Below the pieces are notes generated by a model. The model had not been told where the DNA came from, did not search any database, and was given only the letters and a program-made list of their open reading frames with translations. 64,000 bases of DNA from Bacteriovoracaceae bacterium (GTDB taxonomy: Bacteria > Bdellovibrionota > Bacteriovoracia > Bacteriovoracales > Bacteriovoracaceae), in assembly GCA_018649885.1 (NCBI GenBank), contig JABIHA010000108.1:1-64000 (forward strand). Direction: 5' to 3'. The position numbers and the translations under genes were made by a program. Position 1 is the first letter of the stretch. Every line of letters begins with the position of its first letter. Positions 58,529 through 64,000 of the stretch are shown in pieces.

Positions 58529-61246
58529 CTATAGATTCCTTCTATTAAGCATCAATTCCGATAATTCACTTTTTGCTAATTCTTTAATATATGATGATAC
58601 TCCTTCATCACTAACTAACTTTTTTAAAACTTCTTCAGCTTCTTTTGTCTTAAAGTTTTTAATTAGGTTTTTTCCAAGAAGATATTGCAATCTTCCATCG
58701 TAGATCGATATAGGAAATTTTTTGAGAAAGCCCTTAATTCTAGACTCTACTTTTCCAAAATCAGGCTTACTCATTCCAGCAATAGTTTCAATATAGAGAT
58801 ATTCTATCCTCTCAATAGCACCACTAAGCTTTTCACCACCATCTTTAACTTTTAATTCGAGTTCTTTTACCAATGCGTCTGCAATTCTTCTGAATTTTTC
58901 CAACCTTCCCTTTTCGTAGAGAGATTCTGAATATCCAACAAGTAAATCACCCATTTCGTCTGTATTTAATGGAAGCTCATTTTTTTTACCAATAATAAAA
59001 TTTTCAAAGCTCTTAATTGAGTTGTTGTAGTTCTTCTTCTTATAACTGGCATAACCTCTGTAGAGATTAAGCTTTGGAAAATCTAAAATTGTCATCTTTT
59101 TTGTAAGATCCAACAAATCGTCCCAGCTACCACTTTGATACTTATTAAGTGCTAATAACTCATTTCTCATATTCTTCTTATTATAACTAGTGTCTCTTTC
59201 AACCCACTCAGGAAATGTTCTTTTAGGCAGGCCATCTATATTGGAAAACCTTTTCATCAACCTCTCAAAAGACTTTGTTAAACCAAGACGAAGATAAGAT
59301 TTCCCCACCAAAAAATTGATATAAGGATCTTGTGAGACTTTCGCAAGGTACTTATCGCTATAAACTTCCCATACTCTTACTGCTCTTGAGTAATTTGCAT
59401 CCATATAAGACTTCTGCATAAGTCCATACACTATTTCAGCGCCATCCTCTTCATAAACCCTTTTACTCGATAATTTCAAACTAGGAAGAGGTATAGATTT
59501 CAAATAACTTAGAGCTTCCAGGTACTTCTTTCCATTAATTAAACTTCTAAGTCTTACTAACCATAACTGCTTTTTTAAATTCTGATTTATGGACTTTTTT
59601 TCAACTTCGTCTTGTTTGAGAAAAACAAGGTTGTCTTTTTCTCTAAGGCCTGGATTTTTCTTTCTTACATAACTCAAACCTACATATCTCAATTTTGCCT
59701 CATATCTTGCCTGAGGGACAACCGATTTATTTATAGCGTCTAGATATAGCCTGAGAGTTTTTGCATGTTTCTTTTCTAAAAGATCATAACAAAGTGCAAG
59801 CCTTACTCTCGCAAATGAAGACAAACTCATATACGAATATTGGGCCAAAAATTGATCATATTCTCTAACTGCTTTTTGGTATTGTGCAGTTCTAAAATAG
59901 GCTTCAGCAATATTGTATGAGATAGCAGCCATTATAGGTTTGGTCATGGCCGCTTTTTCATTTTCATACAATTTAATCAGCTCTTCTTCTTTATTCATAA
60001 CGAGAAAAACATATGATTTATAAGCAAAGGCCAACTGACCAGGCATTAGTTTTTGTACTATCCCATCACTTACAAATTTATCAATTTTTTCTACTTGTTT
60101 TAACATTGCCAAGTTAAAGGTAATAAATTTTGTCGTGATAACAGCCGTTTCAGTGTCAAAATCAGCCCGACTCTTAACAAAGAGCTTTTTAGAATATTTT
60201 AGTGATTGTACATAATCACCTTCTTCAATATGTATTTGAATTAAAAAGAGATAGATGGCCCTTTGTAGGTTGTAATCTTTGGCCCTTTCAGAAATATCTG
60301 CATAAAGATTCATTGCCGATTTTTTCAAACTCGACTGATTTTTATAGATGTGACTTTTCATTAAGGCATTTGCCCTAAGGTAATCATTCATTACAGCATT
60401 GGAATCTTGACCATAGGTTCTTTCATATAGTGTGATTGATTTTTCCATCAATCCAAACTTCTCTTTTCTAAAAAGATTAATCGTGAGCTGCATTTTGGCT
60501 TCTTTCTTATCCTTTTCAAAATCTCGGTCTTTAATTGGATAGAAGAACTCAGGAGTTTTACTCTTTAGATTTATAATTTTCTTAGGTGCCGGGATATGTG
60601 GTTCATAATTCCAAATAAAAGATGCACCATATCTAAAATCTCTATACCTACTATCTGCTTTGATCGCCGCAGCTTTTTTAGTTTTAACACCCAAGGATGA
60701 CTTAATCTCTGAGAATTTCTTTCCTTTGGTTTTTATTTTTTTAGGTAAGACCTTCTTTAAGCTTAGTCCTTTTAATGGGTCTAAAGCTTTCCTGGCCTTA
60801 ACTAGTGTCTTTCCCGGTATTGGTACCAACTTATCACTTGCAGCCGGATCGTTTATCCAAAAATCAATTATGTATTTATTTTCGTTCTCTCTATAAAAGC
60901 TAAACAGTTCAACTTTAGGACTATGAAGGTTTAATATAATGGTAGCGGGGTTTTCAGGAAATTTCTTCAAAGAAAATGCCACGTCTTTAACGTACTTCTT
61001 TCCCCAGGACTTCTTTGAAAAGTCTCCCTTTAATTCTTCGAATATAGAAAGATTGAGCGTTTGGATTTTTACAGTCGCTCCACTCTTTATAATGTGTAAC
61101 TGCTCTTTTGGAGTAAAGATGTTTAACCGGTGATGAGTCTTATAAGCTTTCTCTGATAGAAGCGCAGACTCTGCCGGTGTCACAGTAGCAAGAATTGCCG
61201 TTGCAATAAGTGCTAATGTCAAAATTTTGATATCTAGTTTGAACAT
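58529..61246 (-). CDS. Large exported TPR-repeat protein heading the flagellar operon
   Basis: Signal peptide and TPR-like helices (YNIAEAYFRTAQYQKAVREYDQFL; YLLGKNL...AEEVLKKL). Confidence 0.82.
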   Translation of the reverse strand: MFKLDIKILTLALIATAILATVTPAESALLSEKAYKTHHRLNIFTPKEQLHIIKSGATVKIQTLNLSIFEELKGDFSKKSWGKKYVKDVAFSLKKFPENPATIILNLHSPKVELFSFYRENENKYIIDFWINDPAASDKLVPIPGKTLVKARKALDPLKGLSLKKVLPKKIKTKGKKFSEIKSSLGVKTKKAAAIKADSRYRDFRYGASFIWNYEPHIPAPKKIINLKSKTPEFFYPIKDRDFEKDKKEAKMQLTINLFRKEKFGLMEKSITLYERTYGQDSNAVMNDYLRANALMKSHIYKNQSSLKKSAMNLYADISERAKDYNLQRAIYLFLIQIHIEEGDYVQSLKYSKKLFVKSRADFDTETAVITTKFITFNLAMLKQVEKIDKFVSDGIVQKLMPGQLAFAYKSYVFLVMNKEEELIKLYENEKAAMTKPIMAAISYNIAEAYFRTAQYQKAVREYDQFLAQYSYMSLSSFARVRLALCYDLLEKKHAKTLRLYLDAINKSVVPQARYEAKLRYVGLSYVRKKNPGLREKDNLVFLKQDEVEKKSINQNLKKQLWLVRLRSLINGKKYLEALSYLKSIPLPSLKLSSKRVYEEDGAEIVYGLMQKSYMDANYSRAVRVWEVYSDKYLAKVSQDPYINFLVGKSYLRLGLTKSFERLMKRFSNIDGLPKRTFPEWVERDTSYNKKNMRNELLALNKYQSGSWDDLLDLTKKMTILDFPKLNLYRGYASYKKKNYNNSIKSFENFIIGKKNELPLNTDEMGDLLVGYSESLYEKGRLEKFRRIADALVKELELKVKDGGEKLSGAIERIEYLYIETIAGMSKPDFGKVESRIKGFLKKFPISIYDGRLQYLLGKNLIKNFKTKEAEEVLKKLVSDEGVSSYIKELAKSELSELMLNRRNL

Positions 61247-61471
61247 TTTTTTGAAACTTCCTGTCTCAAAAGCTGACTAAGTCCCTTCCTGGGACGTTTT
61301 ACCTAGTTCTATTCTACCTATTTTTGTGCCTAACGGAAGGAATATTTTTCTGGGGGTACAAATTTTCCGAGTGATATTTTGACACCTATCAAAATATGCC
61401 TATTTACAATAAGTTAGCCCTGGAATCTAATCAAATATATAAAGATATTAATGCATTTATAAGGGTGTTAA

Positions 61472-62050
61472 ATGCTCAAGCTTTTTAAAAAAGAAGTCTC
61501 CCAAAACAAGGAGACACACGGCCTAAACGCAAAAAGGTTTTCGAAACTCACCTTTCGCTTCTGTCTTGTGATATTCATCTATGGCACCACAACCTCATGT
61601 AGCCTCTTTCTGAAAACTTCAGATACTGATAGAAAAAATGAAAGCTATCAATTGAATTTTAAGAATAAGATCTGGAGTCCAATCGAAAAAGATACAGCTG
61701 ATTATGCTTATTATAATTCCAGTTCTAGTACTATCTTCATGATCAATAGCTACTGCAAGAAATATCAAACAACCACCCTTAAAAATTTAACGGATCATAT
61801 TTTAACCGGAATTACTGATAGAAAAATCCTCTACCAAAAAGATCTGAAGCTTTATAAAAGAGATGCTCTTGAGACACATGCATCAGGAAGCATGGATGGT
61901 ATTCAAGTTCAGTTGAAAATCATCACCTTTCTTAGAAATAGATGCACATATGATTTCACCCTAATAGGCTCAAAAGCTTTTAAGAAAAAAGACCTCGCTA
62001 CATTTCAATCTGTTGTACGCTCCATTAACTTTAATGACAGGGGAGAATAG
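61472..62050 (+). CDS. Hypothetical (probable lipoprotein) upstream of mlaE
   Basis: Hydrophobic stretch followed by TTS-C. The true start may lie downstream of 61472. Confidence 0.65.
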   Translation: MLKLFKKEVSQNKETHGLNAKRFSKLTFRFCLVIFIYGTTTSCSLFLKTSDTDRKNESYQLNFKNKIWSPIEKDTADYAYYNSSSSTIFMINSYCKKYQTTTLKNLTDHILTGITDRKILYQKDLKLYKRDALETHASGSMDGIQVQLKIITFLRNRCTYDFTLIGSKAFKKKDLATFQSVVRSINFNDRGE

Positions 62051-62056
62051 AAAACT

Positions 62057-62830
62057 ATGACAGCCGGTATTACTAAAAAAATTCACGATACCGTTTTTAT
62101 GATCGGAGAACTGGGTTACCTAGGCGTTGAAAGTATAAAGTGTTGTCTGACACGTCCTTTTTATTTCTCCAAGCTTATGGAGCAAATCAATTTACTCGGT
62201 ATTGGCTCTCTTTCTATTACTATTGTAATAGGCCTTGTTATGGGGCTCGTAATGACCCTGCAGTTTGGTTTTGGCCTTGCTAAGTTCGGTGGAACGCTCT
62301 ACGTACCCGGTGTTGTGGCGCTGTCTCTTACACGAGAGATGGCCCCCATATTTACCTCTTTATTAGTTGCTGGTCGTATTGGCTCAGGAATTACAGCTGA
62401 GATCGGTTCAATGAATGTAACTCAGCAAGTGGATGCCATTAGAGCACTTGGAACTTCTCCTATTAGGGTTTTAGTTGTACCACGATTATTGGCTGCAATG
62501 ATTTCACTCCCATTGTTAACTGCTGTATCAAATGTACTAGGAATATTAGGTGGTATGGTTATTTGCTCAGTTGAATTTCACATACCTCCTGGTTTTTACT
62601 TCCAAAGAGTTTTTTCTACAGTAAAACTTCATGACTTTTCTAGTGGGCTACTAAAGACTGTTTTTTTTGCAACAGTTATAACTCTTGTTGCTTGCTACAA
62701 AGGATTTAATACAACTGAAGGAACAAAGGGTGTGGGCCAATCAACTACCTGGGTAGTTGTTGTTAGCTCCATTTTAATATTAATTTCGGACTTTTTTCTA
62801 AGTAAGATTTTCCTCTTACTATTAGTTTAA
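62057..62830 (+). CDS. mlaE: MlaE family ABC permease
   Basis: REMAPIFTSLLVAGRIGSGITAEIGSM..TQQVDAIRALG and GVGQSTT. Confidence 0.95.
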   Translation: MTAGITKKIHDTVFMIGELGYLGVESIKCCLTRPFYFSKLMEQINLLGIGSLSITIVIGLVMGLVMTLQFGFGLAKFGGTLYVPGVVALSLTREMAPIFTSLLVAGRIGSGITAEIGSMNVTQQVDAIRALGTSPIRVLVVPRLLAAMISLPLLTAVSNVLGILGGMVICSVEFHIPPGFYFQRVFSTVKLHDFSSGLLKTVFFATVITLVACYKGFNTTEGTKGVGQSTTWVVVVSSILILISDFFLSKIFLLLLV

Positions 62831-62834
62831 CGAT

Positions 62835-63581
62835 ATGGAAGAAAAAGCGCTGTTAGAATTAAAAAACATAGGTAAGTCATTCGACAAAAATGTCGTACAC
62901 CTGGATATTAACCTCAAATTATACCAAAATGAAACACTCGGTTTGCTCGGTGGATCTGGAACGGGTAAGTCAGTTCTGCTTAGGGAAATTGTTGGCCTTG
63001 AGTATGTTGATCACGGTGAAGTTATCTATCACGATCAGCCCATCCAAAACCTTAAAGAAATAGATTTATTTAAAATACGAACAAAGATTTCCTACTCCTT
63101 CCAAAATGGAGCATTATTTGACTCTCAAAATGTCTTCGACAATTTGGCCTATCCACTTTTTGAGCACACAGATCTTAGCCTTGAAGAAATTTCAGCTAAA
63201 GTGGCTGAAATCCTAGGCCTAATTGGGCTTGAAGGTTCTGAAAAATTAATGCCCTCAGATCTATCTGGTGGAATGCAAAAACGAATTGGCATGGCTCGTG
63301 CAATTATTTTAGAGCCTGAAATAATTCTCTATGATGAACCGACAGCAGGGCTTGATCCATCAAATACTCAAAATATATTATCAGTAATGGAAAAGTTAAA
63401 AGGAACAGGTGTCTCGTCAATATTCGTAACTCACGATATTCCAGCGGCGCTTAAGATATGTGACAGGATTCTCATTTTATATGAGGGGAAAATTGCTTTT
63501 AGCGGTAGCCCCCGAGAATTTATTGATTCTGAAAATCCTATTGTTAAAGAATTTTTCTTAAATTCAATCAAGGAAGTGTAA
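62835..63581 (+). CDS. mlaF: MlaF family ABC ATPase
   Basis: GGSGTGKSVLL, FQNGALFDS, LSGGMQKR and YDEPTAGLDP. Confidence 0.95.
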   Translation: MEEKALLELKNIGKSFDKNVVHLDINLKLYQNETLGLLGGSGTGKSVLLREIVGLEYVDHGEVIYHDQPIQNLKEIDLFKIRTKISYSFQNGALFDSQNVFDNLAYPLFEHTDLSLEEISAKVAEILGLIGLEGSEKLMPSDLSGGMQKRIGMARAIILEPEIILYDEPTAGLDPSNTQNILSVMEKLKGTGVSSIFVTHDIPAALKICDRILILYEGKIAFSGSPREFIDSENPIVKEFFLNSIKEV

Positions 63582-63582
63582 A

Positions 63583-64000
63583 ATGAGGTTAAGGCCCCAC
63601 GAAATCAAAAATACAATAAGGACAGGGGTGTTTATTACTGCCTCTGGCATTGTGGCAATGACCTTTATTTTTTTTCTTGGAAAAGAAAGTAAAATTTTCT
63701 CCAGTGTAAACATCTATAAATCACAAGTTAAAAATGCAGATAATTTAAAAATTGGAGCTGCCGTTCATCTTAAAGGTGTAAAAGTTGGTAGCGTTAGATC
63801 TATCGACTTTAAGAGTCTCAATGAAATTGAATTCAAATTTAGTGTCGATAAAAACTATTCTGAATGGGTAAGAAGAGATAGCGTCGTTTATATCAAAACC
63901 CAAGGAATGCTAGGAGATAAGTATCTTGAAATATCAGGTGGCTCTGATGTCACTTCTCCTGCAGACAATGGCGCTTTTTTAGAACCTGGAGGAGCTGCAG
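63583..64000 (+). CDS. mlaD: MlaD/MCE family protein, truncated by window edge
   Basis: Manual translation MRLRPHEIKNTIRTGVFI...NADNLKIGAAVHLKGVKVGSV...IKTQGMLGDKYLEI. Confidence 0.92.
   Translation, partial: MRLRPHEIKNTIRTGVFITASGIVAMTFIFFLGKESKIFSSVNIYKSQVKNADNLKIGAAVHLKGVKVGSVRSIDFKSLNEIEFKFSVDKNYSEWVRRDSVVYIKTQGMLGDKYLEISGGSDVTSPADNGAFLEPGGAA

Noticed and set aside
831..61133. Numerous 60-210 aa ORFs overlapping long genes on the opposite strand or frame (e.g. 54480-55112, 52049-52462, 12379-12816)
   Set aside because: These are shadow ORFs of well-supported genes with no independent motifs.
61316..61333. Sigma54-like AGGCAC box upstream of the flagellar operon
   Set aside because: The -12 position reads GG instead of the invariant GC.

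Overview
This is an AT-rich (roughly 36-38% GC by eye) bacterial chromosome segment. Its gene content and style suggest a predatory Bdellovibrionota of the Bacteriovoracales (Halobacteriovorax/Bacteriovorax-like), which is an inference. Core blocks are yhaM, gap-pgk-tpiA-secG, ssb, a LolA-like/ABC-permease/OM-barrel operon, mreC-mreD-mrdA-rodA (without mreB), ppiD, an ABC-F, a large flagellar basal-body/hook operon (TPR protein, degenerate sigma54 activator, flgBC-fliEFGHIJ-motE-like-fliK-flgD-TIGR02530-like-flgE) and mlaE-F-D. Between them lie many orphan secreted proteins. I found no CRISPR array, rRNA, tRNA or transposase. The most interesting unannotated signals are: (1) a tightly coupled operon joining a histone-H1-like polyampholyte, a CPYC glutaredoxin, a SAMHD1-like HD dNTPase and two envelope proteins; (2) a perfect 33-bp inverted repeat pair between marR and rodA; (3) a multi-stem RNA structure in front of flgE; (4) a structured ~200-nt leader or ncRNA at 20.9 kb; (5) an unannotated 37-aa secreted Cys-loop peptide gene with its own terminator; (6) a PfpI/DJ-1 gene remnant behind a secreted ankyrin gene; (7) an apparently catalytically dead enhancer-binding protein heading the flagellar operon.
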